This document shows, in pieces, positions 1-8,918 of a stretch of 32,000 nt of DNA. Numbering within the stretch: the first letter of the stretch is position 1; each line of letters begins with the position of its first letter. The stretch lies in assembly GCA_042850255.1 (NCBI GenBank), contig AP031373.1, forward strand, positions 90,001-122,000, given 5' to 3'. The notes under the pieces were generated by a model. That model saw only the letters and a list, made by a program, of their open reading frames with translations, had not been told where the DNA came from and searched no databases. Made by a program: the position numbers and the translations under genes. Source of the stretch: Nanobdellota archaeon. GTDB lineage: Archaea; Nanobdellota; Nanobdellia; Nanobdellales; Nanobdellaceae.

Positions 1-808
1 CTTTTGATAAATATTTTATAATATCCTCTCCTGCTAATCCATATTTTAACATTACATCAATCAATTTTTCTCTAGCTTCTACAAATTTTCCTTGATATGC
101 TAAATTTAATATTTCTTGTAATTCCTTTGGTTTTGCAACAGATGCAACATCATATATTAAATCTGGAGTAATATCCTTTGAATATAAAGCTGCAGCTTGC
201 AATATATTTATAGATTTTCTCATATCTCCCTCAGTAACATAATATATTGCTTCTAATGCATCATTTGAAATATTTAATCCTTCATGATCCGCAATATTTT
301 TTAGTATTTCAAATACAGCTTCCTTTGGTAATTGTTTAAATCTAAATACAACAGTTCTTGATTGAATTGGTTCTATAATTTTTGAAGAATAATTACAAGA
401 TAATATAAATCTCGTATTTGCAGCATATTCTTCCATAATCCTTCTTAAAGCTTGTTGAGCATCTCTAGTCATTGCATCTGCTTCATCTAGAAATATAATT
501 TTAAATGGAACATCTCCTATCGGTTTTGTTCTAGCAAATTCTTTTACTTGTTCTCTAATTACATCTATTCCTCTTGCATCTGATGCGTTTAAGGATAATA
601 CATTTTGTTCCCAATTTTCTCCATATAATTCTCTTGCTAAAGCTAAAGCAGCAGTTGTTTTTCCTACTCCAGCAGGTCCTGAAAACAATAAGTGAGGCAT
701 ATTTTTCTTTTCAACAAATGCTTTAAGATGTTTTACAATTTCATCTTGTCCTTTAATTTCATCCAATGTTTTTGGTCTATATTTTTCAGTCCATATTTCA
801 TTGGTCAT
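1..808 (-). CDS. rfcS: Replication factor C small subunit (AAA+ clamp loader). N-terminal ~269 codons only; the C-terminus lies beyond the window edge
   Basis: Absent from the ORF track because it runs off the window. My reverse-strand translation from the ATG at 808..806 reads [66 protein letters not shown]...[27 protein letters not shown]...[19 protein letters not shown]...[11 protein letters not shown]. It stays open to position 1. The RFC boxes are present, with Walker A GPAGVGKT and Walker B FLDEAD. Confidence 0.9.
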   Translation of the reverse strand, partial: MTNEIWTEKYRPKTLDEIKGQDEIVKHLKAFVEKKNMPHLLFSGPAGVGKTTAALALARELYGENWEQNVLSLNASDARGIDVIREQVKEFARTKPIGDVPFKIIFLDEADAMTRDAQQALRRIMEEYAANTRFILSCNYSSKIIEPIQSRTVVFRFKQLPKEAVFEILKNIADHEGLNISNDALEAIYYVTEGDMRKSINILQAAALYSKDITPDLIYDVASVAKPKELQEILNLAYQGKFVEAREKLIDVMLKYGLAGEDIIKYLSK

Positions 809-847
809 AAATTACTAATTTAAATTAAAATTAATAAATAGTATATT

Positions 848-1507
848 ATGGACTTTGAATATATAGTACATAATAACCTAAAAATATATTATAAGATATT
901 TGATCTAGAATGCTATCCACCAAAAGAAGATTCTTTTTTATTAAACGATCATATAAAAGATTTTGCAAAAAATAAAGTAGTTTTAGATATGGGATGTGGA
1001 TCTGGAATACAAGGATTAGAAGCTTATAAATATACAAGATTTGTATTCTTTTCAGATATTTCCTCAGAATGTATAAAAATAGCAAAAATGAACTTTTATA
1101 TAAATTATATGAATCCAAATGAAGATATAGAAAAACTGTACAATAATATTGATAAAATAAATTTACCAGTAAAATTCTATATTTCTGATTTATTTTCAAA
1201 TATTTCAGATAAATTTGATTTAATACTATTTAATCCTCCTTATTTACCTGATATAGAATATGAAGAAGGGAAAGTTAGAAAATGGGTTTCTGGAGGTAAA
1301 AATGGATATGAAACCATAGATAAATTCTTATATCAATCTATTAGTAGATTAAATAGATTTGGGGAAATATTATTAATTATGTCTTCAATAAATAATCCAC
1401 AATATATATTAAATAAATATTCAAATTATTTCTATTATAATATTATAGATAGTGTGCATATATTCTTCGAAGATTTATATTTGATACATTTAAAAAGAAA
1501 ATTTTAA
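848..1507 (+). CDS. HemK/Mtq2-type SAM-dependent methyltransferase (probable release-factor glutamine N5-methyltransferase family)
   Basis: 219-aa ORF. Contains YPPKEDSFLL, SAM motif I VLDMGCGSGIQG and the NPPY tetrapeptide (LILFNPPYLP). Size is typical of the archaeal HemK-related methylases. Confidence 0.75.
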   Translation: MDFEYIVHNNLKIYYKIFDLECYPPKEDSFLLNDHIKDFAKNKVVLDMGCGSGIQGLEAYKYTRFVFFSDISSECIKIAKMNFYINYMNPNEDIEKLYNNIDKINLPVKFYISDLFSNISDKFDLILFNPPYLPDIEYEEGKVRKWVSGGKNGYETIDKFLYQSISRLNRFGEILLIMSSINNPQYILNKYSNYFYYNIIDSVHIFFEDLYLIHLKRKF

Positions 1508-1517
1508 AGAAAAATAA

Positions 1518-2270
1518 ATGATAGTTGATGATCATGCACATTTATTTTTATATAAAGAAAAAAGTGATGAAAAAATAAGAGAAAATATAGAAAAGGGAGT
1601 AAAATATATTATAGAAAATTCTACCGATAAAGAATCAATAAATATTGTAATAGAAGAAGCAAAAAAATATGATATAATTTATTATGCTTTAGGAATATAT
1701 CCTGAAGATGTAGAAAATATGAAAGAAGAAGAACTAGATAAAATTATAGAATTTATTGAAAATAATAAAGATAAAAAATTTGTTGCAATTGGAGAAGTAG
1801 GATTAGATTATGCTCATGAGACTAATGAAGATCTAATTAAAAAACAAAAGATTTATTTTGAAAAATTTTTAGAATTATCAGAAAAATTAGATAAACCAAT
1901 AATAATACATGCTAGAAAGGCGGAACAGGATGTACTGGATATATTAACAAGTTACAATAATAAAAGAGTTTTACATACATTCTGGAAACCTTCTTTAGTA
2001 AATAAAGCAATTGATATAGGATGTTATTTATCTATACCTGCAATAATTTATAGAGATAATGGATTTCAAAAAATAGTAAAAGAAGCACCAATAGAATTTA
2101 TATTAACAGAAACAGATTCTCCATTTTTGGATCCTATAGAAAAAGGTATTAATAATAATTCATGGAAAATTATTTATTCTTTACAAAAAATATCTGAAAT
2201 AAAAAATATGGATATTAAAGAAGTAGAAGAGATTATTTTTAATAACTTTAAGAAATTATATAATGTATGA
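1518..2270 (+). CDS. TatD-family metal-dependent hydrolase/DNase
   Basis: 250-aa ORF. Contains an N-terminal HxH (VDDHAHL), IGEVGLDY, IIIHARKA and TETDSPFL, the TIM-barrel amidohydrolase pattern of TatD proteins. Confidence 0.8.
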   Translation: MIVDDHAHLFLYKEKSDEKIRENIEKGVKYIIENSTDKESINIVIEEAKKYDIIYYALGIYPEDVENMKEEELDKIIEFIENNKDKKFVAIGEVGLDYAHETNEDLIKKQKIYFEKFLELSEKLDKPIIIHARKAEQDVLDILTSYNNKRVLHTFWKPSLVNKAIDIGCYLSIPAIIYRDNGFQKIVKEAPIEFILTETDSPFLDPIEKGINNNSWKIIYSLQKISEIKNMDIKEVEEIIFNNFKKLYNV

Positions 2271-2316
2271 TGAAAAAACCTTCGCTGATTAATGATGTAG
2301 AACCCGGAAACTGATA
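2265..2316 (+). ncRNA. C/D box sRNA (2'-O-methylation guide)
   Basis: Read directly from the sequence. C box AUGAUGA 2267..2273; 11-nt guide AAAAACCUUCG 2274..2284; D' box CUGA 2285..2288; 3-nt spacer; C' box AUGAUGU 2292..2298; 12-nt guide AGAACCCGGAAA 2299..2310; D box CUGA 2311..2314. A T6 tract follows at 2321..2326. It sits in the 71-nt gap between tatD and xth, and the guides are locally GC-richer than the surroundings. Confidence 0.7.
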
Positions 2317-2320
2317 TAAA

Positions 2321-2326
2321 TTTTTT
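2321..2326 (+). terminator. Oligo-T tract downstream of the C/D sRNA (possible archaeal terminator)
   Basis: TTTTTT lies 7 nt after the D box, and archaeal RNAP terminates at oligo-T runs. T runs are common in this AT-rich DNA, so specificity is low. Confidence 0.3.
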
Positions 2327-2341
2327 ATTCAATAAAAAGTT

Positions 2342-3091
2342 ATGAAGATTATTTCCTGGAATATAAATGGTTTAAAGGCAATGATGAAAAAAGGTTTAGT
2401 TGATATAATTAAAAAATTAAATGCTGATTTTTATTTATTCCAAGAAATAAAAAGTAAGGATATACCAATAACTTTTCAATTATTAGGATATAAAGTCTAT
2501 AGTTTTCCTGCAGAAAAGAAGGGATATAGTGGAGTAATGACTTTAGCAAAATATGATCCTTTAAATGTATATTATGGTATAAATAATAAAAAATTTGATA
2601 TAGAAGGAAGAGTTTTAACATTAGAATATGAAAACTTTTATTTAATTAATGTATATTTTCCAAATGCAGGACAAGATACATTAAAAAGGTTAGATTTTAA
2701 ATTAGAATTTGATAAAGAATTTGAAAATTATATACTATCTTTAAAAAAACCTTGCATTATTTGTGGAGATTTTAACGTTGCTCACAAGGATATAGATATA
2801 TATGCTCCAGATAAATTTAGAAGATATGCAGGTTTTACAGATGAAGAAAGACAATGGTTTGATCATTTTCTATCTTTAGGTTTTATTGACACATTTAGAT
2901 ATATTAACGGAGATATAATAAAATATTCGTGGTTTTCTCCTAGAGGAAATATGAGAGAGAAAAATTTAGGATGGAGAATTGATTATTGCGTTGTTAGCAA
3001 AGAATTAAAAGAGAAGATAAAAAATGCAGATATTTTATATGATATTTATGGATCTGACCATTTACCAGTGGTACTTGAAATAGATATATAA
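2342..3091 (+). CDS. xth: Exodeoxyribonuclease III / AP endonuclease (EEP fold)
   Basis: 249-aa ORF. Contains ISWNINGL, LFQEIK, NVYFPNAG, CGDFNVAH, WRIDY and GSDHLPV, the full ExoIII/APE1 catalytic motif series. Confidence 0.9.
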   Translation: MKIISWNINGLKAMMKKGLVDIIKKLNADFYLFQEIKSKDIPITFQLLGYKVYSFPAEKKGYSGVMTLAKYDPLNVYYGINNKKFDIEGRVLTLEYENFYLINVYFPNAGQDTLKRLDFKLEFDKEFENYILSLKKPCIICGDFNVAHKDIDIYAPDKFRRYAGFTDEERQWFDHFLSLGFIDTFRYINGDIIKYSWFSPRGNMREKNLGWRIDYCVVSKELKEKIKNADILYDIYGSDHLPVVLEIDI

Positions 3092-3114
3092 AATAAAAAT
3101 TTAAAATAAAATTA

Positions 3115-4668
3115 ATGGGCGTAAATATTTTACCAGAAAAACCAAAAATAGATATACAAAGTGAAGAATTAAGATCTATAATAAAATACGATCAGGACGG
3201 GTTGCCAATATTTCCAGCATTTATTAATGGACAATGGTATTATGGAAATAATGAATATATAACAGTGATATCTCCAATAGATTTGTCTCCAATAGCAAAA
3301 GTACCAAAAGTTCCTTATGAAATAGTAGAAAATGAAATAAATAGATTATATAATGAGGGAAGATGGATAATAAGAGATACACCAGGATTTAAAAGATTGG
3401 AAGGATTTATGAAAACTGCAGAATTATTGGATAAATATAAAGCAGATTTTACGAATGTTCTAGTAATGAATGTTGGAAAAACACCTTCCCAAGCAATGGG
3501 TGAAATAAACTCTACTATAGAAAGAATAAGGAGATCATATATTGATGTAAGAAAAATATATGGAGAATATTTATCTGGGGATTGGAGTAATGATTATTTA
3601 GAATCTGAAGCAATAATAAAAAGAGAACCATTAGGATTAATATTAGGAATATCTCCATTTAATTATCCATTATTCGATTCTGTAAATAAAATACTATTCT
3701 CTATGTTATCTGGAAATGCTTTATTATTTAAACCCCCATCTGCAGATCCACTAGCAGTAATATTATATGTTAGATTAATGGAATTGGCAGGATTACCAAT
3801 GAAATCTATATCATTAATAACAGTACCTGGAAGAGATATGAATAAAATTGTAGCAAATAAAAAGATATCTGCAATATTATTTACAGGTTCTTCAGAAACT
3901 GGAGAAGAAATAATAAGAAATGGTGGAATAAAACAATATTTAATGGAAATGGGTGGTGGAGATCCTGTATTCGTATTAAATGATGCAGATATAGATTATG
4001 CAGCTCAGAGAGTTGCTTCTGGTATTACATCTTTCTCTGGACAAAGATGTGATTCTATAAAATTAATATTAGTAGAAGAACAAGTATATGATAAATTTAA
4101 AGAAAAATTAATACAAGAATTATCAAAGGTAAAAATTGGAGATCCAAGAGATCCAAATACAAATTTTGGACCAATAATAGATACAAAAACAGTTGATGAA
4201 TTTGTACATGCAGTAGAAGATGCAAAACAAAAAGGTGGAAAAATATTATATGGAGGAAATAGATTAGGACCAACATATATAGAACCAACATTAATAGAAG
4301 TAGATAAAAATGATGTAGAGAATCTATATTTATTTAATAAGGAAGTATTCTTATCAGTAGCTTTATTAGTAAAGATAGGTAATATAGATGAAGGAATAAA
4401 AATAGCAAATGATAGAAGATATGGATTAGATGTAGCAATATTTGGACATGATGTTGAAAAGATAAGAAGAATTGCAAGATTTGTAGATGTAGGTGCAGTA
4501 TATGTAAATGATTTTCCAAGACATGGAATTGGTTATTATCCATATGGAGGAAGAAAAGATTCTGGAATAGGAAAAGAGGGATTAGGATTTGGATTTGAAG
4601 CTACAACTACATATAAAGCAATAGTATATAATTATAAAGGTAGAAAAGTTTGGGAATATATTATTTAA
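3115..4668 (+). CDS. gapN: Non-phosphorylating glyceraldehyde-3-phosphate dehydrogenase (GAPN, aldehyde dehydrogenase superfamily)
   Basis: 517-aa ORF of the ALDH family, with catalytic Cys in FSGQRCDSIK and Glu in YLMEMGGGDP. Long stretches match my memory of Thermoproteus-type archaeal GAPN: REPLG..SPFNYPLFDSVNK, FTGSSETGE, GDPRDP, RLGPTYIEPTL, FPRHGIGYYPYGGRKDSG, YNYKG. Confidence 0.8.
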   Translation: MGVNILPEKPKIDIQSEELRSIIKYDQDGLPIFPAFINGQWYYGNNEYITVISPIDLSPIAKVPKVPYEIVENEINRLYNEGRWIIRDTPGFKRLEGFMKTAELLDKYKADFTNVLVMNVGKTPSQAMGEINSTIERIRRSYIDVRKIYGEYLSGDWSNDYLESEAIIKREPLGLILGISPFNYPLFDSVNKILFSMLSGNALLFKPPSADPLAVILYVRLMELAGLPMKSISLITVPGRDMNKIVANKKISAILFTGSSETGEEIIRNGGIKQYLMEMGGGDPVFVLNDADIDYAAQRVASGITSFSGQRCDSIKLILVEEQVYDKFKEKLIQELSKVKIGDPRDPNTNFGPIIDTKTVDEFVHAVEDAKQKGGKILYGGNRLGPTYIEPTLIEVDKNDVENLYLFNKEVFLSVALLVKIGNIDEGIKIANDRRYGLDVAIFGHDVEKIRRIARFVDVGAVYVNDFPRHGIGYYPYGGRKDSGIGKEGLGFGFEATTTYKAIVYNYKGRKVWEYII

Positions 4669-4692
4669 TTTTTTAATTAATTTTTATATTAT

Positions 4693-5781
4693 ATGGAAAA
4701 AATAGGTGATGTAGAATTAAGATTAGCAAAAGGTCCTGTTCCTCATTATAAAGAATTAAAAGAATTAGAAAGAAGTATTGTAAATGTTATAATAGAAGAA
4801 TTTGGAACGCAAGAATTAATTAAAAGATATTCTAATCCTTTATGGTTTAATTCCTTAGCTTGTTTATTGGGATTTGAATGGAATTATTCTGGAATGACTA
4901 CTGTAACATTAAAAGCATTAAAAGAGATATCTAAAGAAGATAATTTACCTATAATAGTATTGGGAGGGAAGGGTAAAAAATCGAAGATAACTGAAGAAAT
5001 TGAAGAAAAAGATATAAATGATAAGTTAAAGGATAAATTAAAGGAATTATCAATTACATCTGCAAAAGTAGATAATTATTTAGTACAAGATGGATATAAT
5101 TTATATTTCCATTTTTTAATATCAGATGAAAAGGGAAATAGTACAATAATAAATCAAAAAATGTCTATAAAGGAACAAAAGGTTAGAAGATTCCATTGGA
5201 TAAGTAATGATTATTTTAATGACCCACAAATTGGTTTGGGTAATAATAGTAAAACATTGAATATTGCAAGTAAGGAATCTGAAGAATTAAGGAGAAGTAT
5301 TGTAGAAATTGTAAATAATGAAAAAATAGATAAAATAAAAAATTATGTAATAAGGTTAAAATCTTATGAAAATAAAAATAGTAGTATATTAAAATATTTT
5401 GGAAAAGAAGACGAATTTATATTTTATCAAGAACTTCCTTATTATTTAAAGATACCCGAAAAAATATATTGGAAAGCTTTAGAAATAAAAGAAACTGTAG
5501 ATAATTTTAGAGATTTATTATTTATTAAAGGATTTGGACCTGGATTATTAAGAGCATTAGCATATACAGCAAAAATAATATATGGAACTGAAATATCATG
5601 GAAAGATCCAATAATTTATACATTTGCACATGGAACAAAGGTGGGTAAACCTTACTATGTAAAAAAAGCATTAATGTTGGAAGAAGCTGAATTTTTAAAG
5701 AATGCAATTGAAGAAGCAAAATTAAATAATAACTTCAAATTAAGGGCTTTGAAAAGATTAAATGAACTAATTGACATATGA
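4693..5781 (+). CDS. DUF763 family protein (function unknown)
   Basis: 362-aa ORF. Contains NPLWFNSLACLLGFEWNYSGMTTV, VQDGYNLYFHF and INQKM....RRFHW. These match the conserved DUF763 blocks as I recall them (DPFWFQ, DWHSSG.TT, DGY.LYHH, QQGM..RRYHW). Confidence 0.6.
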   Translation: MEKIGDVELRLAKGPVPHYKELKELERSIVNVIIEEFGTQELIKRYSNPLWFNSLACLLGFEWNYSGMTTVTLKALKEISKEDNLPIIVLGGKGKKSKITEEIEEKDINDKLKDKLKELSITSAKVDNYLVQDGYNLYFHFLISDEKGNSTIINQKMSIKEQKVRRFHWISNDYFNDPQIGLGNNSKTLNIASKESEELRRSIVEIVNNEKIDKIKNYVIRLKSYENKNSSILKYFGKEDEFIFYQELPYYLKIPEKIYWKALEIKETVDNFRDLLFIKGFGPGLLRALAYTAKIIYGTEISWKDPIIYTFAHGTKVGKPYYVKKALMLEEAEFLKNAIEEAKLNNNFKLRALKRLNELIDI

Positions 5782-5819
5782 TAATTAATCTTATAAATAT
5801 GTTATAATATATTATAAAA

Positions 5820-6533
5820 ATGGCAGAAACTTTATCTCAAGAAATATTTTCTGAAGAAGATAAAAAAACATTGAAAGAAATGTTTGATCAAAGTTTGAAA
5901 GATGTAGTAGAAATAGATGTGTATTTAGATGAAAAAAATAATAAAGAAACTAGTGATTTCGCAAAAAAGTTAGGAGAAGAATTAATGAAATTAACAGACA
6001 AGATAAAATTCTATTATCATGATTCATATGATCCAAAAGTAGAGGAAGAAATGAAAAATAAAAGATTACTATTAGATAAATATGGAAACAGAAGGGGGCC
6101 AATATATGTATTTAGAAAATTCCCTGGAGTAATATATTATGGAACACCATCTGGTGAGGAATTTCCAATATTTATAGAAGATATAATACACATATCAAAT
6201 AATCATTTTGATATAGATGGTGCTACAGCAAAGAAGATAGCATCGATAAATGATCCAATAGATATATATGTATTTGTAACACCAACATGTCCATATTGTC
6301 CATATATGACACATCATTCTCATCAATTAGCAATGGTAAAAAACAATATTAGAGGTATAATGATAGAAGCTTACGAATTTCCAGAATTTTCTGACCATTA
6401 TAAAGTATATGGAGTACCACATAATGTTATATTAGATAAAGATGGAAATACATTAAATGAATGGGAAGGTATGTTACCTGAATTAGAAATGGTTGCAGAT
6501 AAGATAAAGGAAGGGTTAGAAAAAAAGAAATAA
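5820..6533 (+). CDS. Protein disulfide oxidoreductase (PDO, glutaredoxin-like, two thioredoxin-fold units) with a single CPYC site
   Basis: 237-aa ORF. The C-terminal unit has VFVTPTCPYCPY (CPYC) and a cis-Pro context, YGVPHNVI. Size and layout match thermophile PDOs. The only cysteines in the protein are in the CPYC motif. Confidence 0.75.
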   Translation: MAETLSQEIFSEEDKKTLKEMFDQSLKDVVEIDVYLDEKNNKETSDFAKKLGEELMKLTDKIKFYYHDSYDPKVEEEMKNKRLLLDKYGNRRGPIYVFRKFPGVIYYGTPSGEEFPIFIEDIIHISNNHFDIDGATAKKIASINDPIDIYVFVTPTCPYCPYMTHHSHQLAMVKNNIRGIMIEAYEFPEFSDHYKVYGVPHNVILDKDGNTLNEWEGMLPELEMVADKIKEGLEKKK

Positions 6534-6565
6534 ATTTTTTAAATTTTAACAAATTTTTTATTTTT

Positions 6566-7180
6566 ATGAATAAGTGGGATTACTTTTATATAATAGGACG
6601 CGATGTAGTTCAATTTTTTGATATAAAATTAAATCCTGAACTACGACCATATCTAGAAAATAGCAATTATGTAGGTGTTTTATTAATAGGAGAAAAAACA
6701 TATGATAAAATAAAAGAAAATTTAATCGAATCATTTGTTAAAAGATTCTATAATATAGAGATACCTCGTTATAATATAAATTATAAAAATGAAGAAAAAG
6801 ATTTTAAACAAGATTATTCTATAACAAATAAAATACAAAGAAAAGATATTCATAATGAAATAAAAAATAATATAGAATCTTTGGTTAAGAAATTATATAA
6901 TGGAGAAATTTATAGTTATAACTTAAAATATGCAAATAAAGGTATAAATAATAAACAAGATTATTCTATAACAATGGAAATTTATGGTACATATCCAAAG
7001 TCTAAAACATTAAAGAATAAGAAAATTTTAATAGAACCGACTCAAGAATCAGAAAATATAAATAATATTGCGCTTAATGAATATATAGAGTATATAGTAG
7101 AATATGAATTAGGAGGATATGATATAAATGCTATTAGCGGAAAGTTAATTGCAAAAAATAATAATCAAAAAACTTTATAG
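6566..7180 (+). CDS. Hypothetical protein with an internal 49-aa duplication
   Basis: 204-aa ORF. I recognise no family. An internal repeat supports a real, evolving coding frame (see the repeat feature). Confidence 0.5.
   Translation: MNKWDYFYIIGRDVVQFFDIKLNPELRPYLENSNYVGVLLIGEKTYDKIKENLIESFVKRFYNIEIPRYNINYKNEEKDFKQDYSITNKIQRKDIHNEIKNNIESLVKKLYNGEIYSYNLKYANKGINNKQDYSITMEIYGTYPKSKTLKNKKILIEPTQESENINNIALNEYIEYIVEYELGGYDINAISGKLIAKNNNQKTL
6737..6974 (+). repeat. Intragenic duplication with a 147-nt (49-codon) period
   Basis: VKRFYNIEIPRYNINYKNEEKDFKQDYSIT (from 6737) matches VKKLYNGEIYSYNLKYANKGINNKQDYSIT (from 6884). An identical 22-mer, AAACAAGATTATTCTATAACAA, occurs at 6806..6827 and 6953..6974. 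Confidence 0.7.
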
Positions 7181-7792
7181 TATTTTTATTTCAACTTTAT
7201 TCTTTAGCCAGAAATCTCTTTCAAATTTATTCCATTCGTTTAAATAATTTAATCTAATTACATTGAATGTAGGATATATATACTGAGAAGCATCTACTTC
7301 TATCCATTTATTATCTATTTTAACTTCTGTCCATACGTGAGTAGCTTTTAATGTTCTAGGATATTCTTCTAAATTCATTAAATATATTCCTGCTACTAAT
7401 CTAGTTTCTAATCCAAGTTCTTTTAAATATTTAGAAAATAAACTATTTCTAACTCCACATTGATTATCCCACATACTATTATAATATTCCCATAGAGGAG
7501 ATATACCTTTTTTATATCCTTCATTTTCTATTTTTGCGGATATAAAATCTTTTAATATATGAAATAAATCGTCATATGTTTCTATAAGATATTTGACATT
7601 TTCCAATTCTTTTATCTTTATTTCAAAATCTAATTTTTTTCTTTCTAAGAATTTAATGATTTTAATAGGTGTATCTCTAGATATAATCTTAAATTTATTA
7701 TCTTTAATTCTCAAAGTTTTTTGTCTATAATTATTAGATATTTCTAAGTTTACATATTTTTCTGGAATATATAAGAAAAATCTTAATATCAT
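7175..7792 (-). CDS. Transglutaminase-like (papain-fold Cys-His-Asp) domain protein
   Basis: 205-aa ORF. Has Cys in NQCGVRNSLF, His in ATHVWTEV and Asp in IEVDAS, with the spacing of the transglutaminase-core superfamily. Confidence 0.6.
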   Translation of the reverse strand: MILRFFLYIPEKYVNLEISNNYRQKTLRIKDNKFKIISRDTPIKIIKFLERKKLDFEIKIKELENVKYLIETYDDLFHILKDFISAKIENEGYKKGISPLWEYYNSMWDNQCGVRNSLFSKYLKELGLETRLVAGIYLMNLEEYPRTLKATHVWTEVKIDNKWIEVDASQYIYPTFNVIRLNYLNEWNKFERDFWLKNKVEIKIL

Positions 7793-7949
7793 AAGATATA
7801 TATGAATGTATATATTATAAATAATAACTATTTCTGATAAATTGATTAAGAATTAAATAAATAGCAAAAAATTTTATTTTTATCAATAAAAATACATTCT
7901 GGACATTTATTATAAAAATTTTTTATATTTATAAGAAAATATATATTTT

Positions 7950-8918
7950 ATGGCAATTTCCTTATCTTTACCATCCATACAAAAAGAAGAATTAGATAAA
8001 GAGTGGGATGTAATAATTATAGGAGGAGGACCTGCTGGATATTCTGCAGCTTTATATTGCGGAAGATATAGATTAAAAACATTAGTAATTACAAAAGATA
8101 TTGGAGGTACTTTAGCAGAAGCAGAGATTGTTGATGATTATCCAGGTATAGAAAATATAAAAGGATCTGAACTTGGAATGATATTTAAAAAACATGCAGA
8201 AAAATATGGAATAAAAACTTTATTAGAAACAGTTACTAGAATAGAAAAATTACAAGATGAAAGATTTAGAGTAATTACTTCTTTAGGAAAAGAATTCTTC
8301 GCAAAAACTGTAATAATTGCTACAGGTTCTCAAAGAAAAAAATTAGGTGTACCTGGAGAAAATTTGAAAGGAGTTTCATATTGTGCTGAATGTGATGCTC
8401 CTTTATTTAAAGATAAGATAGTCGGAGTAGTAGGGGGAGGAAATAGTGCATTTCATGATGCACAGGTATTGGCACAACATGCAAAGGAAGTATATATAAT
8501 ACATAGAAGAGATGACTTTAGAGCAGATCCTGTATTAGTAGAAGAAGTAAAGAATAATCCAAAAATAAAATTTTTATTAAATAAAGTAGTTACTGAAATA
8601 AAAGGGCAAGAAAAAGTTGAAGAAGTAATATTAAATGATACAAAAACTGGAGAAAAAAGTTCTATTAAGTTAGATGGTTTATTTGTAGCAATAGGATTAG
8701 TTCCATTATCTGAAATAGTAAAAGGACTGAATGTAAATATGGATGAAGTTGGCCATATTATTGTAGATCAATGTGGAAAAACAAATGTAAAAGGTTTACT
8801 AGCAGCAGGAGATGTAACAAATCAAATTTGTAATTTAAGACAAGCTATTACTGCTGCTGCACAAGGTTCTGTAGCAGCTCTTAGCGCCTTCTTATATATA
8901 AAAGCTAAGAAATGGTAA
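7950..8918 (+). CDS. trxB: Thioredoxin reductase (low-Mr FAD/NAD(P)H disulfide reductase)
   Basis: 322-aa ORF. Has the FAD site IIGGGPAGYSAA, redox-active CAECDA (CxxC), a second dinucleotide site VVGGGNSAFHDA, and AAGDV near the C-terminus. Confidence 0.9.
   Translation: MAISLSLPSIQKEELDKEWDVIIIGGGPAGYSAALYCGRYRLKTLVITKDIGGTLAEAEIVDDYPGIENIKGSELGMIFKKHAEKYGIKTLLETVTRIEKLQDERFRVITSLGKEFFAKTVIIATGSQRKKLGVPGENLKGVSYCAECDAPLFKDKIVGVVGGGNSAFHDAQVLAQHAKEVYIIHRRDDFRADPVLVEEVKNNPKIKFLLNKVVTEIKGQEKVEEVILNDTKTGEKSSIKLDGLFVAIGLVPLSEIVKGLNVNMDEVGHIIVDQCGKTNVKGLLAAGDVTNQICNLRQAITAAAQGSVAALSAFLYIKAKKW

Noticed and set aside
846-1199. Antisense or shadow ORFs inside larger genes: 846..1199, 2409..2621, 4097..4291, 4334..4543, 5525..5719, 12514..12711, 15148..15423, 16506..16691, 17688..17975, 20592..20810, 23119..23346, 29383..29589, 30478..30660
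   Set aside because: All lie opposite or overlapping well-supported CDSs. All encode L/I/F/Y/H-rich low-complexity peptides with no motifs, the typical chance frames of AT-rich DNA.
2381-2440. ATGATGA followed 12 nt later by TTGA, then a distant CTGA, inside xth (possible third C/D sRNA)
   Set aside because: There is no proper D' (TTGA is not CUGA), no C' box and the wrong spacing to the CTGA. It lies fully within a strongly supported CDS. Other TGATGA hits (e.g. 9835, 13590, 19455, 20397, 29103, 28374) also lack correctly spaced CTGA boxes.
7793-7949. The largest intergenic gap without an RNA gene (157 bp), inspected for an sRNA, small ORF or repeat
   Set aside because: It contains only A/T-rich promoter-like sequence for the divergent transglutaminase-like and trxB genes and an 11-codon ORF. 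There is no GC-rich or box-like structure and no convincing inverted repeat.
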